Positions 36,451-46,973 of a stretch of DNA of 64,000 nucleotides are shown piece by piece (the stretch's first letter is position 1; every line of letters starts with the position of its first letter). The translations under genes and the position numbers were made by a program. Source of the DNA: an uncultured Verrucomicrobiae bacterium (GTDB taxonomy: Bacteria > Verrucomicrobiota > Verrucomicrobiia > Chthoniobacterales > Chthoniobacteraceae); assembly GCA_963769025.1 (NCBI GenBank), contig CAVYKI010000009.1:1184001-1248000 (forward strand). The letters are read 5' to 3'. The notes beneath the pieces were generated by a model. It made no database searches. It was not told the DNA's origin and saw nothing but the letters and a program-made list of their open reading frames with translations.

Positions 36451-37941
36451 TCAGTCGAAACTCGGATCCGCCGCCAGCGCCATCTCGCGCCGGCGCTCGC
36501 TCTCGGGCTTGCCGGTGTTGCCGGCCCCGCGCTTGCGCTTCGCCTTTCCCTCGCCGCCGGTCAGCGAAAGATCGGAGTCATTCTTCTGTGCCTCGCCCGG
36601 CGTGCTGCGCCCGCGGGCGATGTAGGTTTGCATCAGCGCAGTCAGCTTCGTCGCGATTTCACCATTCGCCGCGAGCACGTCCTTCGTCTCGCTCAAGTCG
36701 TCGGCGAGATTGAAGAGTTCCCGCTTCCCCGTCTTGTGAAAGATCGCCTTCCACGGACCCTGGCGGATGGCGAGATCGCCGGCCGCGGACTGGTGCACGG
36801 TGGCTTCGCGCACGCCGTCCTTTGCGGTGCCGGAAAATTCCGGGAGCAGGCTCACGCTGTCTTCGCCGGCGTTGGCGGGCAGTTTCGCGCCGACGATTTC
36901 CGCGGCGGTCGCCATCAGATCATTGAGGCAGACGGTGTGAACGTTCACCGAGCCGGGCTTGATTTTCCCCGGCCATCGCGCAGCGAACGGCACGCGGTGC
37001 CCGCCCTCGTAAATGCTGCGCTTCGATTCGCGCAACGGCTCGTAGGCGCGGTGCTCGGCGCCGTTGTCGCTCGTCGCGATGACGAGCGTGTTGTCCGCAA
37101 GATGATTGCGCTCCAGCGCGTCGAGAAGCTGCCCGAGCATCGCATCGCCCTGTCTGAGCCAGTCGCCGTATTTCGGATCCTTCTTCACCAGATCCTGCGC
37201 GCCGCTTTTCCCCACATGGTCCGGTGCCGGCACGATCGGCTCATGGGGCGGACACATCGGGAAATAGAGGAAGAATGGTTCCCCCTGCTTCCGCTGCCCG
37301 ATCCACTCGACCGCTTTCCTGATCATCAGCGGCTGATTTTCCACCGCCCCGACATGCGCCACCACGCGATCCTGCTCGATGATCGTGCCGATGTTCCGCG
37401 CATGGGTGAAACCGTAAAAGTAATCGAAGCCGATGGCGTTCGGCCCGTCCGTCATCTTCGCGCCGATGGGCACTTCCTTATCGGTGCCCGGCTTGCCATC
37501 CACCCAGTTCATCCCGAGATGCCACTTGCCGATGCACGCGGTCGCGTAGCCGTTCTGCTTCAGCAGCGACGCCACCGTGAGCCGGCTCGCCGGGATGATC
37601 GGCGTTGAAAAAGTCGTGAGCACCCCGAACTGCCCGATTCGCGAAGGATACCTCCCCGTGAGCACGCCGTAACGCGTGGGTGTGCAGACTGCGGAACCCG
37701 TGTGCGCATCCGTAAAGCGCATTCCCTGCTGCGCAAGACGGTCGAGGTTCGGCGTGCGCAAAGCGGAACCGGCATTGTAACTTTGCGGCTGCCCCCAGCC
37801 CATGTCATCGAACAGGACGAAGATGATGTTCGGCTTTGCGGCCGTGCTCGCATCGGCGGCATGCACCGTTGGCAGCGCCGCCAGCGCAAAAGCTGCGCCA
37901 ATCACAAACGCGATGGGTGTCGGGGAGTTGCTTTGTCTCAT
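36451..37941 (-). CDS. Arylsulfatase (formylglycine-dependent)
   Basis: KPNIIFVLFDDMG, CTPTR, GKWHLG, SDNG and YEGGHRVP; signal peptide. Confidence 0.95.
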   Translation of the reverse strand: MRQSNSPTPIAFVIGAAFALAALPTVHAADASTAAKPNIIFVLFDDMGWGQPQSYNAGSALRTPNLDRLAQQGMRFTDAHTGSAVCTPTRYGVLTGRYPSRIGQFGVLTTFSTPIIPASRLTVASLLKQNGYATACIGKWHLGMNWVDGKPGTDKEVPIGAKMTDGPNAIGFDYFYGFTHARNIGTIIEQDRVVAHVGAVENQPLMIRKAVEWIGQRKQGEPFFLYFPMCPPHEPIVPAPDHVGKSGAQDLVKKDPKYGDWLRQGDAMLGQLLDALERNHLADNTLVIATSDNGAEHRAYEPLRESKRSIYEGGHRVPFAARWPGKIKPGSVNVHTVCLNDLMATAAEIVGAKLPANAGEDSVSLLPEFSGTAKDGVREATVHQSAAGDLAIRQGPWKAIFHKTGKRELFNLADDLSETKDVLAANGEIATKLTALMQTYIARGRSTPGEAQKNDSDLSLTGGEGKAKRKRGAGNTGKPESERRREMALAADPSFD

Positions 37942-38280
37942 GGTCAGGATTGGGGGTCTTGTTGGGGAATATGATCAGAGACACTTCAAACAACGGCAAT
38001 CGTCCCGATTCGGACTGCGGAATGTCGTCACTGCATTGCGAGCGCGGCCGGTTTTCGGGTGCCGCCAGTATCGGGGGCGTCCATGACGGCTTCACGACGA
38101 ACAATCCAGCTACTTCCGCTCCGTCGCCGCCGCGACGCTTGGTCGGATGGGCAAAGCCTTCGGACTGGAAACTGCCGACTCGTCGGGATCGATGCCCTTC
38201 CGGCCGCCTACAAATTGCGAATCCCTCAATTTCGCGATTGCGCGAATCCCGAACTCCCTTTAGTTACCGCCCCCCTTTCC

Positions 38281-38354
38281 TGCCTCATGGTGTAACGGTA
38301 GCACAGCAGACTCTGAATCTGCTTGTCTAGGTTCAAATCCTAGTGAGGCAACCA
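38281..38354 (+). tRNA. tRNA-Gln (anticodon CTG)
   Basis: TGCCTCA/TGAGGCA acceptor stem, anticodon arm GCAGA-CTCTGAA-TCTGC, GTTCAAATC T-loop, encoded CCA. Confidence 0.97.
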
Positions 38355-38482
38355 TCTCGCGGCCGCGCCAGGAAAGTGCATCCGCCGACGTGGCGACAGC
38401 GCGCAATCCCCTTCCCCGCCGGCCTGTTTCTTCGCCGCCTTGCGCCGCCTCGCCTGCTCCGGTCATCAGCATCCTTGCGGCT

Positions 38483-39160
38483 GGATTTCGGGCTCAAAAC
38501 CCATTGTTTCTGGTGGCCCACCCGGCCCGGCCGTCTCAATAAGCAATCATTCCTGAGAGACACGAGACTCCGGGTCGTGGCCAGACAATCGTTCCCGGCG
38601 GACACCTCGCTCCGGTGGGTGCGCAGACAATCGTTTTCAAGGATCACCTCGCTCCGGCGTGCTGAAACACAATCGTTTTCCGGGGACATCAGGCTCTGGT
38701 TCCGCGAAAGACAATCATTCCTGAGAGGCACCCCGCTCCGGTCTCTCAGGAACGATTCGTTTTGGCGTCCGACCCTCTCATTCCTGCCCAAACGCAATCG
38801 TTCCTGAGAGTCCCCAGCTTTCCGGGTGAGAAAACACAATCATTGCTGAGAGTCCCGAGCCTCCCGTCTGCCAATTCGGATTGTCGCGCAAGGCTCCGGA
38901 GCCTCCTGTCTGCCAATTCGGATTGTCGCGCGGGGTTCCGGAGCCTCCCGTCTGCCAATTTGGATTGTCGCGCGGGGCTCCGGAGCCTCCCGGCAACGAA
39001 TTTGGATTGTCGCGCGGGGCTCCGGAGCCTCCCGGCAACGAATTTGGATTGTCTGGCCGCGTTCCGGAGCGGGTTGTCCCTCCAAAACGATCATCTGCTG
39101 ATTGTCCCGAGCCTCCCGGCAGTCAGGACGGATTGGTTTTTCACGCGCCCGAACTTCGAA
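38483..39160. repeat. Degenerate 42-bp-period array (about 15 units) with internal orientation switch
   Basis: CAATC at 38544, 38586, 38628, 38670, 38712, 38795, 38837; its reverse complement GATTG at 38879, 38921, 38963, 39005, 39047, 39131; CTCCGG/CCGGAG in phase. Confidence 0.9.
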
Positions 39161-39316
39161 ACAAGGGCCGAGGCCATACCGCGGACCGGCGCCTTCCTCC
39201 GCCGCGAGCGGCACCGCGCCGGCTGCGGGTCGGCCCGGACCGGACCAGCCTCGGGGCAACGATTGCTCGGAAATAGGTTGCCGCAAAGCCGCGCACCACT
39301 TCCCTTTCCCGCCCAC

Positions 39317-42300
39317 GTGAAACCCGGCGCTCCGAATCTGCTCGATGCCATCGGCCGTGAGCCTTCGCTTGCGGCGAAGCTGCGCGCAGTGACGGAGGGC
39401 GGCGACGGGATTGTCTTCGAGCAGGTGACGGAGGGAGCGCATTCGGCATTGTGCGCGGCCATCGCGCGGGCCGCGCAGCCGACGGGAAGCCGGGTGTGGC
39501 TCGTGTGCCCGGCCCTGCGGGCGCAGGAGCAGCTGCACAACGAGCTGCTGCAATGGACGCCCGACGCGCTCTTTTTCCCGGAGCTGGAAGTGGCCCCCGT
39601 GGAGGGCGCGATTCCGGACCCCGAGACGGTGGCCGAGCGGCTCGCCATCATCCACCGGCTCAATGCGCGCGACGACGGGAAGAAGCCGCTCGTGATCGTG
39701 CTCACGAGGGCGGCGCTGGAAGAGGCGGTGCCGGACTCGGAGGAGATGCAGGCGCTGGAAATGCGGCTTTCGCGCGGCGAAACGGTGATGCGCGAAATGC
39801 TCCTCGGACGGCTGAGCGCGGCGGGCTACGAGCAGGCGGCGCAGGTCTCGCAGCGCGGGCAGTTCGCGGTGCGCGGCGGCATTGTCGATGTTTTCAGCTT
39901 TCACCACACGCTGCCGACGCGGCTGGAGTTCTTCGGCGACGAACTGGAGAGCATCCGGCAGTTCGACCTCGATGCGCAGACAAGCGTGGAGCAGCTCCCG
40001 TCCTGCACGATCCTCCTCGGCCAGGCGGTGCCTCGCGCGCGACGGCTGCGCGACTGCATCCGGGAGCGGGACATCACCGTGGATGTCGGCGCGGACTGGC
40101 TGGAGGCGAAGGTGACGATCAGTGCTGGATCGGTCGGCGGAGAATTCACCACGGAGGACACGGAGAACACGGAGGGAGTCACAGGAGATTCTGACTACGA
40201 CTCTTTGCATACCTCCGTGCCCTCTGTGGTTGAATCACAAGCATTCGACTACTCGCTTGCCTTCTTTGACAACGGGCTCGGGGAATTTGAGGCGGGCGAT
40301 TTCGTCGTCGATGAGGCGCGGCGCGAGCGGTTCTTCGCGCAGCTCACGGAATGGCGCACGCAAGGGTGGAGCACCTTCGTCTTTTGCAACAACGAGGGCG
40401 AAATCGAGCGGCTGCGCGATCTGATCCCCGCGGTGGAGGCGGACGCGCTGCAATTTTCGGAGGGCACGCTCGGGCGCGGGTTCACCTTCCCGGCCGGACG
40501 CGTCGCGGTGCTCAGCGACTCGGAGCTCTTCGGCCGCTACCGCAACACCCGCGCGCGGCGGATCGCACTGAAGCGCTCGCGGGAGATCGTCAGCCGTTCG
40601 CAGATTGATTTCAGCGAACTGATTGAGGGCGAACTCGTCGTGCATCTCGAACACGGCATCGCGCGCTTCGAGGCGCTGAAGCAGCTCGCGAACGGCGAGG
40701 ACGTGCTCGCGCTGGAATTTGCCGAGGACGCCAGGCTCTACGTGCCGCTCGACCAGAGCTACCTCATCGCGCGCTACGTGGGCATCGGGAAAAAGCATCC
40801 GCCGCTCAGCAAGCTCGGCGATGCGGCGTGGACGAACGCGAAGAAGAAGGCGGAGAAGGCGGCGTTCGACTACGCGGGCAAACTGCTCGAAACGCACGCG
40901 GCGCGCGAGACGCAGAAGGGCTTCACCTTTCCGCCCGACAGCAAGTGGGTGCGCGAATTCGAGGCGTCGTTTCTTTACAAGGAAACGCCGGACCAGCTCA
41001 CCGCCATCGCCGACACGAAGGCCGACATGGAGACGGAACAGCCGATGGACCGGCTCATCTGCGGCGACGTGGGCTTTGGAAAAACGGAGGTGGCGATCCG
41101 CGCGGCGTTCAAGGCGGTGTGCGCGGGCAAGCAGGTCGCCATCCTCGTGCCGACGACCGTGCTCGCGGAGCAGCACTGGCGGAATTTTCGCGAGCGCATG
41201 AGCGACTACCCGGTGACGGTGGACATGCTCAGCCGCTTCCGCACGCGCGGGCAGCAGGTGAAGACGCTCGCGGGAGTGAAGGACGGCACCGTGGACATCG
41301 TCATCGGCACGCACCGGCTCATCTCGAAGGATGTGGAGTTCAAGGATCTCGGGCTCGTGGTGATCGACGAGGAGCAGCGCTTCGGCGTGCTGCACAAGGA
41401 GCGCTTCAAGCAGATGTGGCCGCTGGTGGATTTGCTCACGCTCTCGGCGACGCCGATCCCGCGCACGCTCTACCTCTCGCTCATGGGCGCGAAGGACATG
41501 AGCACCATCGAGACCGCGCCGCTGAACCGCATCCCGGTCGAGACGCTCATCTGCCCGTACGACGAGCGCATCATCCGCGACGCGATCCAGCGTGAGCTGA
41601 AGCGGCAGGGCCAGGTGTTCTTTCTCCACAACCGCGTCGGCGACATCCAGAGCGTGGAGGCAAAAATCCGCATGCTCGTCCCCGGCGCGCGCACACTCGT
41701 CGGCCACGGGCAGATGGCGGAGCATGAGCTGGAGGAAGTGATGCACCAGTTTGTGAAAGGCGACGCGGATGTGCTCATCTCCACGACGATCATCGAGAGC
41801 GGCGTGGATATCCCGAACGCGAACACGATCATCATCGACCGCGCCGACCGTTTCGGGCTCGCCGATCTCTACCAGCTCCGCGGACGCGTCGGGCGTGCGC
41901 AGCACAAGGCGTACGCCTACCTGATGCTGCCGCGCGACATGCTCGGCACGGGCGAGGCGAGGAAGCGCATCAATGCGATCAAGCAATACGGCTCGCTGGG
42001 CGCAGGTTTCAAAATCGCGATGCGGGATCTGGAAATTCGCGGCGCGGGCAACATCCTCGGCACCGCGCAGAGCGGGCACATTGTGACCATCGGCTTCGAG
42101 CTTTACTGCGCGATGCTGCGCCAGGCGATCGCGAAGCTGAAAGGCGAACGCAGGAAATCGCGAATCGAGGTCGCGCTGCATCTGGACTTTGTCGTGCTGC
42201 GCGAGCCCGGCTTCCTCGAAAAGGAGCGCAAGGCCGGCTGGGCGCCCGCATTTCTGCCGACCGGCTACATCGAGGAGACGCACGCGCGCATCGCCGCGTA

Positions 42301-42589
42301 CCGCCACCTCAACGAACTCAGCACGCAGGAGGCGCTCGACAAGCTCCGCAAGGACTGGCGCGACCGCTTCGGCCGTTTCCCGGAGGCGGTGGAAAACCTC
42401 CTCACGCTCGCCGAGCTGCGCATTTCCTCCGCGGCGCGGAAGATCACGGTGGTCGAGGTGAAGGACGACAAGCTGATGCTCACGCGCGGCGGCGACTTCA
42501 TCCTCATCGGCGGGAAATTCCCGCGCCTCACGGCCAAGGGCGGAACCCCGCGGCTGCGCGAGACGTTGAAAATGATCCGCAGCCTGTGA
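39317..42589 (+). CDS. mfd: Transcription-repair coupling factor
   Basis: [19 protein letters not shown] (RNAP-interacting domain), [45 protein letters not shown] and TRCF domain; GTG start inferred. Confidence 0.96.
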   Translation: MKPGAPNLLDAIGREPSLAAKLRAVTEGGDGIVFEQVTEGAHSALCAAIARAAQPTGSRVWLVCPALRAQEQLHNELLQWTPDALFFPELEVAPVEGAIPDPETVAERLAIIHRLNARDDGKKPLVIVLTRAALEEAVPDSEEMQALEMRLSRGETVMREMLLGRLSAAGYEQAAQVSQRGQFAVRGGIVDVFSFHHTLPTRLEFFGDELESIRQFDLDAQTSVEQLPSCTILLGQAVPRARRLRDCIRERDITVDVGADWLEAKVTISAGSVGGEFTTEDTENTEGVTGDSDYDSLHTSVPSVVESQAFDYSLAFFDNGLGEFEAGDFVVDEARRERFFAQLTEWRTQGWSTFVFCNNEGEIERLRDLIPAVEADALQFSEGTLGRGFTFPAGRVAVLSDSELFGRYRNTRARRIALKRSREIVSRSQIDFSELIEGELVVHLEHGIARFEALKQLANGEDVLALEFAEDARLYVPLDQSYLIARYVGIGKKHPPLSKLGDAAWTNAKKKAEKAAFDYAGKLLETHAARETQKGFTFPPDSKWVREFEASFLYKETPDQLTAIADTKADMETEQPMDRLICGDVGFGKTEVAIRAAFKAVCAGKQVAILVPTTVLAEQHWRNFRERMSDYPVTVDMLSRFRTRGQQVKTLAGVKDGTVDIVIGTHRLISKDVEFKDLGLVVIDEEQRFGVLHKERFKQMWPLVDLLTLSATPIPRTLYLSLMGAKDMSTIETAPLNRIPVETLICPYDERIIRDAIQRELKRQGQVFFLHNRVGDIQSVEAKIRMLVPGARTLVGHGQMAEHELEEVMHQFVKGDADVLISTTIIESGVDIPNANTIIIDRADRFGLADLYQLRGRVGRAQHKAYAYLMLPRDMLGTGEARKRINAIKQYGSLGAGFKIAMRDLEIRGAGNILGTAQSGHIVTIGFELYCAMLRQAIAKLKGERRKSRIEVALHLDFVVLREPGFLEKERKAGWAPAFLPTGYIEETHARIAAYRHLNELSTQEALDKLRKDWRDRFGRFPEAVENLLTLAELRISSAARKITVVEVKDDKLMLTRGGDFILIGGKFPRLTAKGGTPRLRETLKMIRSL
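40144..40235. repeat. Palindromic 9-mer-based element inserted in frame in mfd
   Basis: ACCACGGAGGACACGGAG (40148-40165) vs CTCCGTGCCCTCTGTGGT (40213-40230), 16/18 complementary; encodes [11 protein letters not shown]...SVPSVV. Confidence 0.75.
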
Positions 42590-42638
42590 GCGCCGCAGGC
42601 TTGCCTTCCAGCGGCCTTTCTCTAAGCCGCACTGCGCT

Positions 42639-43475
42639 GTGAAGATCCTCCGTACCATCGCCGCCACCCGCCGCTTCCGCGCGCAGGCGCGGGGACGCGT
42701 GGTGCTCGTGCCGACGATGGGCGCGCTCCACGAAGGACACGCCGCGCTGGTCCGGCGGGCGCGCCGCGTCGCGGGAAAGGGCGGCACGGTCGTCGTGAGC
42801 ATTTTTGTGAATCCCACGCAGTTTGGCCCGAAGGAGGATCTCTCGCGCTACCCCCGCCCTTTCGCCGAGGACAGGAAGCTCTGCGCGTCGCTCGGCGTGG
42901 ACGCGATTTTCCATCCGCCGGCCCACGAGATGTATCGCGAGGATTTCTCGACGTGGGTGAACGAGGAGCGCGTATCGCGCGGGCTGTGCGGAGCATCGCG
43001 GCCCGGGCACTTCCGCGGAGTCTGCACGGTGGTGCTGAAGCTGTTCACGATCGTCCAGCCCGACGCCGCCATTTTTGGACTGAAGGATTTCCAGCAGTGC
43101 GGTGTGATCGCGCGGATGGTGCGCGACCTTGATTTGCCGGTGCGACTCGTCTTCGCGCCTACGGTCCGCGAACGCGACGGCCTCGCGCTCAGTTCCCGCA
43201 ATGCATTCCTATCGCCGGAGGAGCGCGCCGAGGCGCCCACGCTCCGCAGCGCACTGCTCGCGGCGCGTGGCGCATTTCTCAAGGGCGAGCGCAGCGCGGC
43301 CAAGCTCACGCATCTCGCAAGACGGCAAATTTCACGCAGCGCGCGCGTGGATTACATCGAAGTCGTGGACGCCGTCTCGCTGGCTCCCGTGCGGAAGCCG
43401 CGCGAGGATGACGCGATGGCGGTGGCGGCGTTCTTTGGCCGCACCCGGCTGATCGATAACATCCAGTTCCGCTAG
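42639..43475 (+). CDS. panC: Pantoate-beta-alanine ligase
   Basis: VPTMGALHEGH, SIFVNPTQF, RPGHFRGV, GLALSSRN, RLIDN. Confidence 0.96.
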   Translation: MKILRTIAATRRFRAQARGRVVLVPTMGALHEGHAALVRRARRVAGKGGTVVVSIFVNPTQFGPKEDLSRYPRPFAEDRKLCASLGVDAIFHPPAHEMYREDFSTWVNEERVSRGLCGASRPGHFRGVCTVVLKLFTIVQPDAAIFGLKDFQQCGVIARMVRDLDLPVRLVFAPTVRERDGLALSSRNAFLSPEERAEAPTLRSALLAARGAFLKGERSAAKLTHLARRQISRSARVDYIEVVDAVSLAPVRKPREDDAMAVAAFFGRTRLIDNIQFR

Positions 43476-43493
43476 CCCGCCCGTTTCCAAAAC

Positions 43494-45080
43494 ATGCTTC
43501 ATTTCGACTACGCAGTCATCGGCAGCGGCCTCGCGGGGCTGAGCTTTGCGCTCAAGGCGGCGCGCAACGGCACGGTTGTCATCATCACGAAGAAGGCAAA
43601 GGCCGAGTCGAACACCGCCTGGGCGCAGGGAGGCATCGCCTGCGTGACGGACGAGACGGACAGCATCGAATCCCACGTGCAGGACACGCTCATCGCCGGC
43701 GCGGGGCTGTGCGACGAGAAGGTCGTGCGCAGTATCGTGAGGGACGGGCCGGGGCGCATCGCGGAACTGATGGAGATTGGAGTGGTGTTTGATCAGCATG
43801 CCGATGGCCGGCCGGATCTCACGCGCGAGGGCGGACATGCGGCGCGGCGCATCCTGCATGCTCGCGACGCGACGGGCCGGGAGATCGAGCGCGCGCTGCT
43901 GGAGGCGGTCGCGAAGGAGCCGCGCATCACGCTGCTCGAAAATCACATGGCGGTGGACCTGATCACCTTGCGAAAGCTCGGGCTCTCCGCAGTGGAGGAT
44001 CGCTGCGTCGGGGCCTACGTGCTGAACGAGACGACCGGCGAAGTGCTGACGTTGCGCACGGACCGCGTGCTCCTCGCCACCGGCGGCTGCGGGAAGGTCT
44101 ATCGTTACACGACGAACCCGAGCATCGCGACCGGAGACGGCGTGGCGATGGCGTGGCGCGCGGGCGCCCCGGTCGCGAACATGGAGTTCATCCAGTTCCA
44201 CCCGACGTGCCTGTTTCATCCCGAGGCGCGAAGTTTCCTGATCACCGAGGCGATGCGCGGCGAAGGCGCGAGGCTCGTGGATGCGAACGGGAAGGAATTT
44301 GCACAGCGTTACGATCCGCGGGGCGCGCTGGCACCGCGTGACATCGTCGCCCGCGCGATCGATGCGGAGATGAAGCGCACCGGCAGCCCGTGCGTGTATC
44401 TGGACATCACCCACAAGCCCGCGGAATTCGTCCGCTCGCATTTCCCGACGATCCATGAGCGCTGCCTCGGGCTCGGCATCGACATCACGAAGGATCCCAT
44501 CCCCGTCGTGCCAGCGGCGCATTACCAATGCGGCGGAGTTGTCACCGACGACGATGGCGCCACGCCGCTGCCCGGCCTTCACGCGATCGGCGAAGTCGCG
44601 TGCACCGGGCTCCATGGCGCGAACCGGCTTGCGAGCAACAGCCTCCTCGAAGCCGTCGTCCTCGCGCACCGCGCCTTCCACGACCTCGCAAAATCGCAGC
44701 CGCCTTCCGAGCCCATGCTCACGGATCTGCCCGAGTGGAAGAGCGGCGACGCGACCCATGTGGACGAGCTCGTGGTGATTTACCACAACTGGGGCGAAAT
44801 CCGGCGGTTGATGTGGGACTATGTCGGCATCGTCCGCACCGACAAGCGGCTCAAGCGCGCCGGCGCACGGTTGCGGAATCTGCTCCAGGAAATTCAGGAG
44901 TTTTACTGGGACTTCAAGGTGACTACCGACCTGCTTGAGCTGCGAAACCTCGCGACGGTCGCCAGCCTGATCGTGGACAGCGCACTCCTCAGAAAGGAAA
45001 GCCGCGGCCTCCATTACACCCTGGACTACCTGCAGCAGGATGAGCGTTACCAGAGGCCGACGCTGCTGCGGAAGGTCTGA
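43494..45080 (+). CDS. nadB: L-aspartate oxidase
   Basis: IGSGLAG, WAQGGIA, EGGH, QFHPT, LAPRDIVARAI, HGANRLASNSLLE, ESRGLHY. Confidence 0.95.
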   Translation: MLHFDYAVIGSGLAGLSFALKAARNGTVVIITKKAKAESNTAWAQGGIACVTDETDSIESHVQDTLIAGAGLCDEKVVRSIVRDGPGRIAELMEIGVVFDQHADGRPDLTREGGHAARRILHARDATGREIERALLEAVAKEPRITLLENHMAVDLITLRKLGLSAVEDRCVGAYVLNETTGEVLTLRTDRVLLATGGCGKVYRYTTNPSIATGDGVAMAWRAGAPVANMEFIQFHPTCLFHPEARSFLITEAMRGEGARLVDANGKEFAQRYDPRGALAPRDIVARAIDAEMKRTGSPCVYLDITHKPAEFVRSHFPTIHERCLGLGIDITKDPIPVVPAAHYQCGGVVTDDDGATPLPGLHAIGEVACTGLHGANRLASNSLLEAVVLAHRAFHDLAKSQPPSEPMLTDLPEWKSGDATHVDELVVIYHNWGEIRRLMWDYVGIVRTDKRLKRAGARLRNLLQEIQEFYWDFKVTTDLLELRNLATVASLIVDSALLRKESRGLHYTLDYLQQDERYQRPTLLRKV

Positions 45081-45152
45081 GGAATTCGACGGCTGCCATA
45101 GCCCTCAGACTTTGGGCACCGGGTTGGCATCCTCATTGCTACCCTCACAGGT

Positions 45153-46370
45153 ATGCAAACTTTTGCCTACCAAGCCCGCGACGCCGCCGGAAAAATCTCG
45201 ACCGGTGTCCAAGAGGGAATGAACGAAGAAAACGCCGTGAACGCACTGATGTCCCGGGGCCTTCTGGTCCTGTCCATCCAGCAGAAATCGGCTAGCAAGC
45301 TCGTCCGTGGCAAGGCGAAGGTTCCCGATTCAGACCTCGTGATGTTCACCCGCCAGCTCGCGACGATGGTCGATGCGGGCCTGCCGCTCGTCACCGCGCT
45401 GACGGCGCTTTTTGAGCAGTCGGATCCGAAGAAACAGCCCGGTTTGCGCCGCGTGATCGGCGAGATCACAGCGCAGGTGCAGGATGGTTCCACCTTTAAC
45501 GACGCAATCCTGAAGCACCCGAAGGTCTTCTCGCGCCTCTACAGTTCGATGGTGAAGGCCGGTGAATCCGGCGGCATGCTCTCGGAAGTTCTCGACCGCC
45601 TCGCCGGGTTCCTCGAAGCGTCGGCTCGTCTTCGCAAGAAGGTGAAGTCGGCGATGACCTATCCGGCCATCGTCATTTCCATCGCGCTGGCCATCACGAC
45701 GTTCCTCATCGTGAAGGTCGTGCCGGTCTTCGGCAGCATCTTTGCCGACTTCGGTGCGAAGCTCCCGGCGCCCACTCAGTTCCTCATCGACCTGTCGGCG
45801 TTCGTCCGGGGCAACTGGTACTTCATCGTCGGCGCCATCGTCGGTGTGTTCTACGCGATTCGTGCATGGCTCAACACGGCGAAGGGCGCGGACACCTGGG
45901 ACCGCTGGAAACTCAAGCTGCCGATCTTCGGCCCGCTCACGCACAAGATTTGCATGAGCCGCTTTTCACGCACGTTTGCGCAGCTCATCCGCTCGGGTGT
46001 GCCGATTCTCGAGGTCATGCAAATCGTCGGCGACACGTCCGGCAACAGCGTGGTGACCAAGGCCATCAAGTCCGTCTCCGCCGATGTCGAGAAGGGCGAT
46101 CACCTCACTGCTTCGCTCAGCCGGCAGGCAATTTTCCCGCCGATGATGCTCCGCATGGTCGCCGCCGGCGAGAGCACCGGCAAAATCGACACCATGCTCG
46201 AGAAGATGGCGGATTTCTGGGACGAGGAGATCGAGGCGACGCTTGCCGCGCTGACTTCCCTGCTGGAGCCGCTGCTCATCGTTTTCCTTGGCGTGATCGT
46301 CGGCGGCATCGTCATCGCGATGTTCCTCCCGATCTTCAAGCTGAACGATATCGTCTCAGCGAACAAATAG
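45153..46370 (+). CDS. pilC: Type II secretion F family protein (stand-alone PilC paralog)
   Basis: FTRQLATMVDAGLPL, MVKAGESGG, SAMTYP, AGESTGKI, LLEPLLIV. Confidence 0.9.
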   Translation: MQTFAYQARDAAGKISTGVQEGMNEENAVNALMSRGLLVLSIQQKSASKLVRGKAKVPDSDLVMFTRQLATMVDAGLPLVTALTALFEQSDPKKQPGLRRVIGEITAQVQDGSTFNDAILKHPKVFSRLYSSMVKAGESGGMLSEVLDRLAGFLEASARLRKKVKSAMTYPAIVISIALAITTFLIVKVVPVFGSIFADFGAKLPAPTQFLIDLSAFVRGNWYFIVGAIVGVFYAIRAWLNTAKGADTWDRWKLKLPIFGPLTHKICMSRFSRTFAQLIRSGVPILEVMQIVGDTSGNSVVTKAIKSVSADVEKGDHLTASLSRQAIFPPMMLRMVAAGESTGKIDTMLEKMADFWDEEIEATLAALTSLLEPLLIVFLGVIVGGIVIAMFLPIFKLNDIVSANK

Positions 46371-46913
46371 GCCGCCGGCCACCAGCAACGCTCCATAGGC
46401 GAGCCCGGCGAAAGCCGCGGCTCGCCAGCGTTTTTCGGAGGAACTCAGCCAGGAGATCTGGTCGCGCAACGTGTAAGGCATGCCCACCCAGAACATGCCG
46501 AGCAGCACCCACACATAGACCAGCACGACGAGGAGTAGACGGATGCTTTCCGGGCGCATGAATGCGGACTCCAGCAGCGGTTCAGCCGCCAGCAGCGCGC
46601 AGGTGCCGAGGGCGCGGACGGAGAGAAAATCGGGGATGAACAGAATCGCCAGCGCCGTCGCGATGGGAGTGCCCACGAGCACAGTGTTCCGCCACGGGTC
46701 GAAGTCGCCGAGATCCATTTTCTGCACGAGGAAGAAAAACCACGCACCGGCGACCAGGGCGAGGACGACGCCGGCCTCGCGGCTCCGGTGAAATTTCTGC
46801 AGCCAGTCCCGGACTTCTTCGCCCTTCGCGATTGCGAACATATGCACAAGGAACATGATCCCGCCGATTGCGAGCATCGTGAGCTTGAGGGTCAGCCAGG
46901 AGGGATAAATCAT
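46356..46913 (-). CDS. Hypothetical membrane protein
   Basis: About 6 TM segments; DFLSVRALG and PYTLRDQI motifs. Confidence 0.8.
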   Translation of the reverse strand: MIYPSWLTLKLTMLAIGGIMFLVHMFAIAKGEEVRDWLQKFHRSREAGVVLALVAGAWFFFLVQKMDLGDFDPWRNTVLVGTPIATALAILFIPDFLSVRALGTCALLAAEPLLESAFMRPESIRLLLVVLVYVWVLLGMFWVGMPYTLRDQISWLSSSEKRWRAAAFAGLAYGALLVAGGLFVR

Positions 46914-46973
46914 TCGAAAGGTCGCGTATGCAATGGAGCCGGCCCCTGCGCGGCAAGCGAAAAGCCCCGACGG

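Noticed and set aside
38281..38354. Prophage/ICE integrated at tRNA-Gln
   Set aside because: No integrase next to the tRNA and no duplicated tRNA 3' end noticed in the window.
38483..39160. CRISPR array or bona fide TIGR array
   Set aside because: Variable segments are only about 8-11 nt and partly duplicated, the period is 42 rather than 36, the boxes invert, and no Cas or Nop-domain gene is nearby. Kept only as an architectural analogy.
38762..39316. 185-aa repeat-containing N-terminal extension of Mfd
   Set aside because: The frame is open only because the GC-rich repeat lacks stops; Mfd-like sequence and codon bias begin around GTG 39317.
40235..42817. Long antisense ORFs (e.g. 860 aa opposite mfd, 748 aa opposite glcD, 608 aa opposite pilB)
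   Set aside because: These are shadow ORFs expected from high GC3 on the coding strand; no recognisable motifs.
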